Below are positions 24,501 to 43,199 of a DNA stretch of 64,000 nucleotides, one piece after another. Position 1 is the first letter of the stretch. Each line of letters opens with the position of its first letter. The stretch is taken from NCBI RefSeq assembly GCF_009914755.1, contig NC_060937.1; one strand, written 5' to 3'. Source of the DNA: the human T2T-CHM13v2.0 reference genome, Homo sapiens. The notes under the pieces are model-generated. The model searched no databases. It worked only from the letters and a program-made list of their open reading frames with translations, and was not told the origin of the DNA. Position numbers and translations under genes: made by a program.

Positions 24501-27500
24501 GGAATGTTAGATTGGGGACAGAAAATTTGATGCAGTAAAATTTTTGAATGTGACAATAATACAGTACTTTTCTTTTCTTCCTCCGGTTTTAGCAGGCCAT
24601 GGCTTACTAGCACAGGTCAAATACTTCTGGTGTTAATTGTACTAGCATTATAAAAACTGTACTAGTATTAAAAGAACAACATTTAACTCCAAGTTTGAGA
24701 GATTTAGACTATTTCCTAAAATAATTTCTGAAGATTAAAATAGAAATATTTTATAGAAAGTTGATGTAATGCAAATATAAAATAATTTGATTTTTTAGAG
24801 ATCTAAACAAAATGTTATGATATATTGCACAATGCTAAGTATGTCAGATCCATTTTTATTAGATGTTAGTAGAGTCATTTTATACAAGAAAGTAATAGTC
24901 AAGTAATAGTCATAGAGATATGTTGAATGGAAATCTTCCACTGAGGTTTTTTTTTTTTTTTTTTTGGCATCTTTATTAGTAATCATGAAGAAATATTGTA
25001 CATTTCTATTATAAAATAAACATGTATATACTTTAAAATTTCATGTTTCTAAAAGTAGAAGTTATGAACCATTGTTTTGAAGGATATTTTTCATTTTTGT
25101 TGTTTTTAATTTTAGTTTAACATATGCACAGATGACATTGTGGCTTTATTTTGAAGACTCATTTATACCTGGTCCACATTGACAAACTTATTTGCGATTT
25201 GTATATTTAAATAATTTTTTCAAGATATTAACATACAAGTTCAATTCTTTCTTGATTGTAATACTTCAATATTTAATCATATTTATATTCATATATATTT
25301 ATGCGAGCAGCAAAATTCTGTGGTTTTTGGTGTTCTGGAGTGTACATATTTTAGATTTTTACTGACAAATTAATTTCTACTACTAGTGATCATTTCTAGC
25401 ATTCTCAACTAACACACTTTTCAAAAATCTTATTGTATACTTCATTAAAAACAATACATAATAATGGATATTGAAACCAAAATTTCTGCATATTTTCAAT
25501 TTAGTACCTGCCTATTGAAACAAAATCTGAAGGGTGTCAGTAATCCTAGGTTAACTGATTAGCAAATTTCTTTTAGGATACTATAATACTCTGACTAGCA
25601 TGTTTCATGCATGAAAAGTTCATCGGTGATATGCAGACTACAGTTTTAAATATTAAATTTAAAAATTGATATATAAAAATGAAAACTTGACCAATAAATA
25701 TATCTCACCTGTAATAATATATTTACATAAATTATCCACACAAAAAATATGCCTTTTAACTTTATAAACATAGAATATTTTTTGCTATATTAACATCCAA
25801 AGTCAAAAGGGTGTATCACTCTGAAAATTCTAATAATAGTGAAAGACTTATAGCTATCAAATTTATTTAAATCCTCTGTTTTAATATCTACTTTAAATTT
25901 TCACTTCAAAATATAAAGTTAATGGTATATATTTTTCTTTATATAGCTGAAATCTGCCCTTGCTAAAGTTTCATAAGATATACAATACACATAATAGGGT
26001 TCCTTCACAGTTTTATTTTTGTTTAGCATTTAGGTACCATATATTAAAATATGAAGCTATAAATTTCCACTAGTTAAGTTATAATTATGTTTTTTCAAAC
26101 AATATACCTCAATTATATAATCATCCCAATTTTTTAAAGCTAGTGACCATGAGCATATATATGGGTGCATCCAAATGAGAATATTGAGATCCAGAAATTA
26201 CTAATTTTAGAGAATATTCAAAATCATTCACCAGACTGTCATTTAAACCCATTCAATCAGTATAATGATATATTTGTTACCCAATTATGATGAAAGATCC
26301 CTAATTCTTAGATGAAAATGTAGTATTTCACTGGAAATTCGTTTTTTGAATGTTAAACCATAATTATTGAGTATCCAGATTATAAATTTTAAATATCCTC
26401 TCCAAGATTTTATATATATAATTTATATATATATACAGAAAATTAAAGAGGGTCTTTCTATAAAAGTAAGCATTTTAGGAAATCACTAATTTCATATGGC
26501 TTTCACTATGTTTGACTTGTAATTTAACAACAAATTTCATCTTCCTTTAAGAATTTTTACCCCAGAGAAGGTATTTGTTTGCATAGCATGTACTTGAGTC
26601 ATCCGTTGTCCTATTATTGGTTTTGGCCTAGTCTCTTCATTTAGAAGCTCTGTGCCCAAGGTCAGACACATGGAAAATGGTCTCTATCATTGCCTTTAAT
26701 TCTCACAACTGAATCATTCTACCACTGTCCCCTACCTCTCTGTTATTTTTTGAAAGAAAAAAAAAGAAGGTGATATATCTCTTTATTTTGCTAACAAAAG
26801 AATTTTAAGAATATCCTAAGGCAAATTCATGACATCCCCCACATTATTAAAATAAAAATATGACTCAATTTCTAACACGGCAATCAAGAACTATGTAAGC
26901 AGGACTTAGTGTGAATAAGGGGATGGGGATTTTAAATTGTTACTATGAATTTGTGATTCATTAGTAATTTTAAATACACAACATCTAAAACATAAAGGTG
27001 GCAATTTCTTTTTTAGTATATTTTAAATTACACACTTTTGTTGACAGGGTAGGTAATATAGTTTACAAAATGCCACTATTGCCTGCTTACAAATATTAAG
27101 AAACTTGGTTGCCGACTGATGACTCATGTGGTAACTCCTGAACAATCTGTTTTATTTGATCAGATCAGCTTTATTTCCTTTAAAAAAAATTTTGAATTCA
27201 AATGATTTTAGGCTAGATGAATAGCTTCCATATTTCCATATTGTCTTAACCTAGAAACTTCAAATAATTTTACATTACCAGCTAGACCATAAGTGTATTT
27301 TAACTTTCAATCATGATTAAATAAAATTTGTTCCTCTAATATTAAAATGTATCTATCATAATCATGGATTTTTAGATATTGTTCTTGGGGAGCTCAGAGT
27401 TTATCAAAGCTTTATATGTGATATACGAGGTAGTAAATACTATGTAGGTTTATATTAAGGAAATAAAACAAATATAATAAACACGAGAATGAATAATTTT

Positions 27501-30500
27501 ACATGAAAAGGGGGAGCTGGTATGCTGTATATTAATATTGTATTTGAAATATAAATATATGTGTTAAAGTTAACCATTTACAGTGACTTGGAGTCTCCCA
27601 GAGATGAAATTACTCCTGTTTAGGTGATTTTGTAAAATGCACTATCTCTCACAGCCCCTGGACATCATAAGGGAAGTGGCAGCAGTAATTTAAGAGGTAT
27701 GTGAATACAGAAGGGAAATTATAATTGCAGCATACACAGAAGCTTTTCCTAAACTGTTCAACTGCTCATATACTTGACAAGAGTGTAAATGGCCAATTCA
27801 TTGGAAATATGTGAAACATCAAATATGAGAATCACTTTTAGGATGACAGGTATAATTTGGAAAATCTGATCTGATAGAATTAAGACCAAAACTTTTTTAA
27901 ATGGGAGAAGACAGAATGGCCATTTTTTTTTCAATGTCTTTGAACAAAATAATGAGTAGAAGTAATATATTCTTCACCATTGCTTACTGTGTCCATGAGA
28001 GGTTGTTTGTAAATAGATATATACCTACAGGAAGTAAAAGATAATGTAATGAAATTCTCAAACTCTCCAAATATGTTTGTTTCCTTTTAAGATTGTTTTT
28101 CTTGAGACAAAAAACTGAAATACTATCTAAAATAATTTTGGATTTTATTTCCTCTATCATTTTTATAACAAAATGTTACTTAGCTTTATATATTGCTATT
28201 ATGTATGTTTCTATATAAATATATAATAAGTTGGATTTTTTTTCACTGTTGATTTGGTTTAGTCATCATCTTAGCTTTTTGCCTCACTGAAAGTATAGGT
28301 TGTGCTTCAAATGAGAAAATAAGAGGTGCGAAGTATTTGCTGTTATTTTTATCAAATGATAGCCAATGGCTAAACATTAAAATGGTGATTCTGTTATTCC
28401 GAATTAAGTTTCTTTGTCCACCACAGATTGATGGTGTGTCTTTGGCAACTTTCTTTGTGTCTCTGCTTTAATTTCAATTGTAAAAATGAATCCAATGAAC
28501 TTGGTTTATGAACAGCTGAAAGAAATTTAGATTTTAAGTTTTCTCTACTAGGTGTATGACAACTGTGACTCTAAAATCAGCAACATGATAATTAACTATT
28601 ACTGTTATTTACATTATGCACCTATGAAAGGGATGATTATATCTTTTAGAGAAAACATCTTTCTCTTACTGCGTATGTGTCTAATATTTGTAAAATAATT
28701 AGTTCAAAACATTTAATTTCTCCATTAACTTTTATTTTACAAAATGAAATAATTGTTTGTAGATAATTAATGGCAACTTTAAAAGTATGACACCCTTGAA
28801 AAAGAAAGAACTTACTAGTTTAGTTTTCTTGACTTTCTTACATATTTTTACCTTTTGAAATAACATTGAGCTTTCAGTACATTTAATAAGATGTATCATC
28901 AGTATTTATTTCTCAAAAAATTGAGTAACCTTTCTAAATTAGATAAGTTTTATTTGCTTATTTTATTTGCTTTTAACACATTTTGAAGTTATGTGTGAGG
29001 TAATTTCCATTGTTCCAGTTTTAATTCAAACAATACTGAACATACTTACAATATCTAAAGATCTTTGGCCTTTCTTTGCAGAATTAATTGGAAAAGGTAC
29101 AATAAATATGCAATATGTCACTCACCATTTTAATATTCTAAATTTAGCAATTGCTCTTATACCTAATGATTAATAATATAAGTTGTTCTAGTTTCCTTTA
29201 TCTGCTGTGGTATAAATTTGGCTGTTAATCCAATAATAAAACTATTTATATTTTTAACATTTTCAAATATCATTACTACTGCTATTTACTAGTCTCAGTG
29301 ACAATCTGAGATCCTCCTTAGATGCTTAGAGGAACCTTTATACAGGGTTATAAATAGAGAATTCTAATGATTAAAATTTAAAATGGTAGCAATGACAAGT
29401 CCACTATAAACATAATAAATAAATCATTACCTTCTCTATTAATGAACAGAAACTTCAGTACTTTAAAGCTAATATCTTGAAAGATTTTAGAAGTGCAGCA
29501 AGCTGGTACTCACACCTAATGAAAAGGTCTTAGTGAAAATCATTTTACAATTTACAACATTTGCATTGTTCTTTACAAATGTTGTTTCCATTCCATGCAA
29601 GACAATTAAACCAGAATTATTTTGACCACAAATTTTTCTTCCTAATTAATTGGCCAAACACAATGTAAATAAAATAGGAAATGCTTCAGTTAATATTTAC
29701 TATATAAACAAACAAACAGATAGTGGGATAATGGTTTTATCTATCACCATATTCTAGAATTGTGCCTGGCATTCAGTAAGCACCTAATGGATTAACAAAT
29801 ATGTACTTGTAGATGTCTGCAGACCAAGGTGAATTTAGTGAATATCAAAAACTTCTTGAGTGCTCCATCGTAACGCCATTTATCTTGACATAAACTGCAA
29901 AGATGGCTCAAATGTCGATAAGGATATCAGGTGAGTGTTTAGTACTTTGGCATGAAAGTTTTTGGAAAACCATTGGGATGCTACTAGTGATATTTAAATA
30001 TATTTATGCTAAACACAGAAAATATTTTCCAAATGGCTCCCTTTTAGTCTATGTTTGTTTTAATTAAGTTCAGATAGTTAAGAAAAAAATGGAAATAGGA
30101 CTAGAGAACTTTGGCATAAAACTCATTTCCCAGTCTTTAATTGTAATTATTTATTTTGCTTTGATAGTATAATTGGTTACATTTTTCAAAAATAATAAGA
30201 AAAGTAATTGTTGCTGCTCTGCACTTACATTACTGTTTTAAAGTTCAGGGTATGCCCTAATGGAGATGCTGGTGAAATTTTCAGGCATTTTCAACGAATA
30301 TGATCCCGGTTTTTTTAAGTCTGGTGAGGTGTTTATCTATTTAGAAAGCTTTTCTGGGCACCATGTATTTTCCCCTGGGAGTAGAAAATCAGTTCATCTT
30401 TTTAATGACAATATTACCTCGAGGGAAAAAAGTAATCCAGAAGGAATAATACATTCCTCAGGGCAGTTGCCTACACAGGGACACATTTTTCTCTGGGGCT

Positions 30501-32559
30501 GACTGCACGTATATTTCAGTGGAAGAGTTTAAATATTTTAAGATATGATTGCATTTTGTCATAAGGCACCATGACTAAAGGATACAGTATTTTTTGAATA
30601 TGTAGTAACATATTTTTATAAGCTTTTATACATCAATTATAATTTAGGAAATTTTATTTGCTATGAAAATTTTAGCTGTATTCATATTTGAGGTAAAATA
30701 AAATAATTTTAACTTTCAATTTGCATGTTTTGTTAAACATAACATCAGAAGAAAGGAGGCATAAGTAAAGAGATATTTGAGTTTCACTTATGAACACCAA
30801 ACAGCACAATTTTAGAAGTCTTTTAGCTATTTTGATAGCAAAATATATATTCTTCATTCTTTCTATCCAAACTTTAACCTTGATGAGTACTTAGATGATG
30901 AAGTATTTACTTACTGTCATCACTTTGAATACTTTGGAGAATGTATAATTTGAGATTGTGAAGGAGTTTGACTTTGTAGCCACATCTTTTAATTCCTTAA
31001 CATTATATTTAAGATTCATGTACTTCAAAGTTCTGTTTTCACTTCTTTTGCCCATTAAAAATATTGGAATACTACTAAAAAACCTTTGTACTTTAAATAC
31101 CTATTTTTTTATTTTACAAACTCTTGTAATAATTTTCCTTCCAAAATAAGAATAAATTTTATATTGAATATATAATGTTAATACATTAAGATACATTGAT
31201 ATTGTGTTTGCATTATAAAATGTATGCTCGCAGAACTACACCTATAGAAAATAGTTTTGTTTCATGAGATATTAATATTATCAAAGCATTTCAATAGCAA
31301 TCTGATGATAAATATAAAATATAGATTACATTTAAGAATACTATACTTATGTGGAATAATGAAAAATAAATATTAAGCATCTTTTCAAAGTAACTAATAT
31401 AATCAGAATGAAAATTAGATTTTTTTGAATTTAGGAAATATCTTTTTTTCCTGTTATTTTCTCTAATTTCTTCATACCAAATCAGTTTTACACTTATTTA
31501 TTTAAAATTAACTTGAATTTCTGTTGATTATTTTTAAACAAAATCATTATTTGTTGTATAAAATAAAAATAATAGGTTGACTAATTCATAAACTAAATGT
31601 AGCTATTTCATTGAGCATTTAAATAACATTTAAACTAAAATCAATCAAAAACACGTCATTTAAACAATGAATTTTCTAAATTAGAACTGCAAAACCAATT
31701 ATAATGTTGGGTACTAAAGATGTTTTATAATATGCTGATTCATAGTAAATACTTTTAAAAAGAAAAATACATAGCTTTTTTCCTAAAATTTGAATCTCTT
31801 TTTAATACATGAAACATGATTTTATGAATAGTGCTAACATGAGAACATCAGTGTGTCTGTCTTTTTAAGTGGGAATGTGGATATTCTTGTGCATGAGTAC
31901 CCACATTTATAGTTGAAATTACATTTTTGTTTGTTAAATTGAAAAATAGACAACATAACATCTAGACAACTGTGTGAAAAAGTAAGCTCTACATATTGAT
32001 AATATATTACATCATAATATATTATATCCTATTATAAATAGTTTTGTAAAGTGACTTGGAAAAATACAGTTCCATGTGTATTTTCAGAAATTTAAATTAT
32101 TTTTGTTAAAATTGAATAATGTGTACATCTTTAACGCAAATTTTATATGGCTAAATTTCTATTTGGAATGTCTTAAAGTAAAATCACATCAAAATTTAGT
32201 CATTATATGTATTATGAATAATACTATAGGCAATATTACTTCCAGTACCAGAGAAAGAAGAAAATATTAGTTTAAAGAAGTAGTTTTTTATTTATAAATA
32301 ATTAGAAAAAAACACTTGTGTGGGTTTTTCACATGGTAACCAAGAGTAGTATGAATTTTCATTTTCTTCCATGTGTACTCTGGGCCATAGCTATGAAAAA
32401 TTTGCAACCATCATAATAGGAACAGTGATGTTTGGTTTAATTTTGCTCTCTATTGCATGTACTACAAATAAAGATTCTTTTCCATTTGAAAATCTTTCTA
32501 TAAAACAAGAAATTTCCCATGCAGATGAAATGAGGTTACAGTGAAGCAAAGGAAACTAA

Positions 32560-32964
<405 letters not shown>

Positions 32965-33749
32965 TAATAAATCTTATGTTAGCTTTAAGGAGTTCTGAAC
33001 TTAGTATCTGTCATGTAGTAAATAAATAAACATGATAATCTTCTAGGAATTTTGGGTAAATAATTTTAAACAAATTCTTAATCTCACTACACTATAATCT
33101 GCCTCAACGTTGTTGTTAGACGTGTATAATGAATATTAGAAGTACTGGACAAAATTCCATTTGATCTCATTTTCTTGAAATGAGTTAAGTTATTGTTGTT
33201 GCCACATTTTTCATCTAGAAGTCATTCTGTAATAAAACTCTTTGTAGTTGTTATCATCTGGAACTGTTACACTGGACCTATGGTGCTATAAAGAAAATCT
33301 CTATTAAAAAATGAAAGTCATTTCTTTTACCAAATATTTATTCAGTCGTAAAAAATATATATCCTTATATTTTGACTGAGTATCTCTATTGATTTATAGC
33401 TGAAATGCTGGAATGAGATTGTGTATTAACTAGGATTAGACGCTTGGAGTCTCACATTTTTCTCATTAAATTTTTATTTATTCTGGATATGGAATGTTGG
33501 TACAAACGTTCCTATATAGTGATTATTCACATGATCCATATTAACATTTTTACATTATTGTTGGACTACATTTCATGACATATTATTACAGCGTCAATTA
33601 CTATAATTATATGTGATTCAGGAATGTTAAAATATTTATCTCTGTATCTAGATTGTCCTATTCCTTTCATGCACTGTATGTAACATAGCATGTTTATCTG
33701 GTAACTCTTGTATTGCAACAAGCCAGAAGGGGTTGGAAACTAAAGTAAA

Positions 33750-34689
<940 letters not shown>

Positions 34690-36775
34690 CAAGGATTTTG
34701 GCATTTGTCTGTATATGGAAATCAAAGACATTTTAAAGTGATTATAAATCTTTGTACATGTTGACAATATTCAATTCAGTTAAAGGCTTTATCACGGTAC
34801 ATTGTGACCTCTCTTTAAATGGTTACATTACTTTGAGCTCTGAAAATTTGTTATACTTACATTGTTCTAATTGTTCATAACTAGGAATTCACTGACTTTG
34901 CTTTAATGTATGCTAGGAAAACTGAAGTAGATAAATCATACTTCCCCTTTCAGTCTCCTTCTCTCTTTTGGATTTAATTTTAACTCGAGGTTTATTAATT
35001 ACAGAAGTTACACTCATGTTGCTGCAAATGTATTTTTTCTAGTTGTTAATTTGTTCATGACATTCTGCTTGATGATAGTAATATTATGATGAAGGTGCCT
35101 CAGATATCAAAAAAGATTTCAAGTCTATAGAACGTACCTCTAGCTACAGAGTCACAGGATATGTGACAGCAATGATATTAGGGGATGCTGAGCTGGAAAC
35201 CCAATTCAGCACCAGAGACAGAAATACTGTATTTTGACTCATTCATCTTACATGGAAGATGAAGCCTGCCAATCAAGTAGAAAATGTAGGCCTCCAAGAC
35301 AATAACTCACCTGCCTTTTTGTGGTTTATATTTTTCATCTTGGTTAAAAAGTGTCCATTGATAGGGGATTTAATCAAAACATTAAAGAAGACATAATATA
35401 GCCACCAAATCTAATTATTTCCAACTACTAGATATCAGAGCTTTAAAAAAATTGTTTTTAACTGCATTTGCTTCATTTTTCTTATGGGATATTAATAGAA
35501 AAATGGAGTGCATTTCTAACAGTTGCATTTTTTCATATGTGTGGCTATGTTTATGCTGATATTAGTTAAAAGTTCTAAAAACAAGCAAAGAAAATATACA
35601 CAGTTTTTTGGCATTGATTGGTTGATATAATAATTATGTATATTTACTTAATATGCATAATTTAAAAATGTATATTTTTATGTATATATATTTATACGTA
35701 TATAATTACGTATATTTACTTAATATACATAATTATTACTATGAGCTTGGGCAAAAAATGTATTTTGGCATTCCACTGTTCAGTTTTAAGTCATTTATTG
35801 GTACATAAGTCTTTTATTTCTACTTCAATAAATATAATTAAGTTTTGTGAAAGCCGTGTTCTAATGAACAAGTAATTCTTTCTTTTAAAATATTCCTTTT
35901 AATTCTAATTTAAAGTTTCTTAAGTAAAAATATAGCTCTTCAATAATAATATTATAATGTGTTTCTCTTCTAAAATAAACAGATTTTATACTCATTATTT
36001 TAAAATGTGATCAAAACCACATAATTGTTTTTAGTCTTCTGATTGGGATTTTTAAAAAGAAAATTCAAAGTTTGGCATTAAATATATTTTCTGTAAGATA
36101 ATATAACTACATATGATAAAATGATTAAGTACTCTGATAGTGTCACTATTTCAATACCATTATTATCTTTAACATATGTTAAAACACTCCAGTACATAAC
36201 TAATAAAGAGGAATTCACATGGCCAGCAATTTTAAACTGGTGCAGCAAACTTATCTTTTGTGTTTGCAAACATAAGAGAACTGAAGAAGCAAGATGCAAA
36301 CAATGTCTCCGTTGTTCAGCATGTGTTTTATGATATAATACATTCGTTCATGTTGTGTTATACAAATTTTGCAGGGAGGGTTGCTCGTTTTATCAATTTG
36401 TGTATTTTTTATTTCATATTTTGTACGCAATCATGAGCATTTTTCTTATAAATTGTACACAACAAGAACCTGTTGAAGATTAGAAGGAAGGAGCAGCACA
36501 TACTTTTAGCAATCCTTTTATCTTACCAATCACTGGAAGAAAATGATGCCAAGAAGCCATGTGAGATATCATCTCTGTCTGTCATGTTTTCAGAACAGAG
36601 TGTGGCTTACTAATGTTGCCATTGCAGGCTATGCTTTGTCAAGTGAATACGGTTTTCATCTTAAGGGGATAGTAAGCAAGATGTTAGCAATACTCACTCA
36701 TCTTCAGATTTCATTGTCAAATATACTAATATTTCAAAAATATGGTTTTCATCTAGAAAAAAATGGAGATTTTGA

Positions 36776-37140
<365 letters not shown>

Positions 37141-38535
37141 CCCCTTTTTATACTTTTTACAAGTAATCTGACACTAGGTGCCACATAATTAAGATAAAGA
37201 CAAAAGTGCAAAACCATGTAAAATATTGACTTCTAATTGTGAATTAGTTTCCCTTTTCTACTTGTTTTGCCTTGTTGGATATGAAACATTTCAAGTATGT
37301 CATTGTAGGATTATTTTTGACATTTTATTCTTAGAATGGTGATTTAGTTGCATAATTCTCATTTGCTATACCACTTTTCTAAAAAATAAATGTTTGAATT
37401 ATTGAAATATCCCAAGATACTCCTTGTTATATAATTGTAGATCATTACTTTATTTTCAGACAAATTATGCTATTGTGGATAAATATTCAATGTATAAAAT
37501 ACAGGACTTCTTTTTTCCTGTTTTACAAAACTCCAGTGCCCTTTCTTATCTACTATTTTAATATTCCTTTGCTATAGTATATTGCATAATGTGGAGTCAA
37601 CTATTTTTTACAATATGTACGTGTTGATCTGAAAGTTCCTATTGAGTTAAATAATGAAAAATAATTTGGTGGACCATGAATTTTAAATTTGTTAAAAATT
37701 GTTTTATTTGTGTATGTGTATAAAATTAAATTTTGCAAATTGGTAAATTTATTCTTCATTTAACCTTGTTGCTTTGAGTACTCCTAAAGCTTGTAATAAT
37801 TCTTTGGGGAGTAATATAAAATATATCATTCATAAGTGAATTTTGCCTTACCATTATTCAAGAATAATTGGTTTGCATTTTTTATTTTTTGGTCAACTCT
37901 TCTGTTATTTCATTTCCCTAACTTCTTAAAAATAGTTAAGTTTGGGTTATAAATGGCTACGTATTTATATAATTTATTTTGAAAACTACACTAATCTATG
38001 AACTTCTTAAGATTATACAAGCTGATATTTAAAATAATCTGAGTCACTCAAAGATCTTACTTTGGAATAGCCACTAAGAATAGTCAGAACAGTTTAGTGT
38101 TTCTTGAACTGAAGCATTTTTCTGCTGCTGCATTTGAAATTGCCTGCTCTCCTTACTTAGATTCTCTAGATAGCTGCCTGTGAAACCTCTCTCACCTCCC
38201 ACACTTTCACAGGCTCCTGGGGCTGGCGCAAGGTACAGCCATTGGTGGCAACATGAAGTTAACAACAACAACAAAAGCAGAGTAAAGAGAAAAATTGGAA
38301 GAGAGACTATTTCTGAGGTTGTTTCCAAACAACCCTAGAATTCTGTACATGCCAGGCACTTTCCAGTGCCTATTCCATTTTTTCATTCATAGTTCCCAGG
38401 AAAAGTCCTGATTGGAAATGCAAAGCCCTGGGCCTAGTTTCTGTGATGATATTTCCTTGCAATTTCCTTCTGATGTGTAGATGGCTTTTGTCTGTCCGTT
38501 TGCTGTCAGTAGGAGCATTAGGAGCTTAGCTTGAA

Positions 38536-38570
38536 TGTGTGTGTGTGTGTGTTTATGTGTGTGTGTGTGT
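38536..38570 (+). repeat. Interrupted (TG)n microsatellite
   Basis: TGTGTGTGTGTGTGTGTTTATGTGTGTGTGTGTGT. Confidence 0.9.
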
Positions 38571-40317
38571 CATTACTAGTCCCTGTCTATATGCCAAGAA
38601 AGACTGGTAGGCAAAGAAGAAAATTAAACATTTAACCCTATCTCAGTGTCTTTCTAACACTACCAACAAGAAGGAGGGGCGGGGAGCGGGGAGAGAGAAA
38701 TGGATCATGGATTTGTTTTAGATGTAAAAACCACTGCGTGTTGGTAGCTACATTATATTATGTGGTGGGTTAGGGAAGAAAGAAATCTTCATTAGAAATA
38801 ATGGATAGCGGCTGGGAAAACATCAGTAAAAGAAAAGAAATTGAGTGAATATCACTTGGCTTGAGATGTGTTGTATCCTCAGGAGTTTCCTTTTATTTTT
38901 AACTACCCAAAGCTGCTGATCTAACCCTAGTACATGAGCTGAATATCCATCTCCAGGATTTTCTCTCTCCACCGTAATATTCACCTACTATTACCTGCCT
39001 TGAATTTCTTTGGCAGGTCTTGATATGTGTAATTACTTTCCTAGAATTGGAGTTGTTCCGGTTTCTTTATATTTGAAGAAGACAGAAGGAAATAACCTAT
39101 AAATTGATTGGAAATATGTTTCTAGTAACTTACATTTGATTTTTAATTTTTTAAAACATTGCAACATATAGTTCTTTGTAATAGTCACCAATGTAATAAA
39201 TACTTAAGGTGCATCGTAAGTTAGATTATCTTTGTTGACGGCATAAAGTTTGGGTTTTTTTAGACTTTGATTTATATCAGAAAAGAATTTAACATCACAA
39301 ACAGATTATAGTTGCTAAATCCAACCCAACTGTAAATTCATTTTGGGTGTTTCTTAACCATTTCTTAACTATGCATTTAATCCAATTTGTTAGTGAAAAA
39401 AGTGAAAAAGGATATATAACTTTAAAATTAAAATTGCTGTTCAAATACTTTGCATTAGGCAATTTAAATGCCAAGTGCTTTTTTTTTTCAGTTACAGACA
39501 TACACCCTTGAAAATACTGTATTAATGCAAAAGGTGAGGCCATAACATTTCATGCAGCACTATGTAAATTCTAGTGGAGCAATTTGGATACTTGCAGTAG
39601 GCATCTTCATCTTTTTAAAATCACATTATGAAAAATTCATGTTCAGTCAAATACATACAATTCTAAATAATACTGTAACTTCCAGGATGCCTTTTTAAAA
39701 TATTCATTTAATTTTCAAATGAAATATATATATTACTAAGCTTTCATTAAAGCCAGCCTCTGCCTAGTCAAACTTTAAGAAACCATTGCGGTTTTGTACA
39801 TTTCTAACTAGAGAATATTCTTTTGGATATCCTTACTATGTAATGATTAGCCAAGTCATAAATAAAGTGGCCCACCTTAATAACTGAGCTGGATTGTGGA
39901 AGGATTTCTAACTAATTATCTAGTAATACCATGAAATTACATGGTTTCTATCATGTGAGCCGGATAATTTTTATATAAACCTTTTACAGCCTGATTATGC
40001 CTATGAAGTGACAGTAGCAGACACATTTTGCTGACAAGGCAGAATAGCTGCATTTGTGAAAAATCACTGTTTGAAGACCATAAGGCTAACAGAAAAAGTG
40101 GTAGATAGGGAAATGCCTTCTGAAAATGAGAAGACAGCCACCAAGACAGCAAAAATGTATATACACTATATGTATGTATATATCACAATTCTGTCAAGTC
40201 AGATGACTGCCACTCTGACCGCTTTCAGAAGGAGCAGCACAATAAGGCCAAACTGTAAGGTATGTTATGTGTAACGCTTACTCTTTACTTTTACTGCTAA
40301 AATCATGCAAGTTTTCA

Positions 40318-40604
<287 letters not shown>

Positions 40605-40991
40605 TTATATCCTTTTAGTGTAAGTAAATAAATGAATGAGTATGCCTTGTCTTACTAGGTTGATTCTTATTCATTGAGCATAAAGGAGATATTCCACATA
40701 CAATGCATACTTTAAAATGACAAAATAGAACCAGTCATTACTCTCCACACAGTAGCTACGTGGACAGAGAAACATATAAAAATATACAATTTTAATAGAA
40801 GGGAAATAAATTTGTAATTTCCTTTCCTCACTTTAATTTGGAAACCTAGCTTAAAAAATTGCCTATTAAATGTTAATCAAATATTAATTTTAATACTGAT
40901 TACTTTGAATTATTTTTATTTTGATGTTTCTATTAATCACACATATATCAGTATATTAGTAAAACATAGGGGAGTTTTCCACTGTATTTCT

Positions 40992-43199
<2,208 letters not shown>

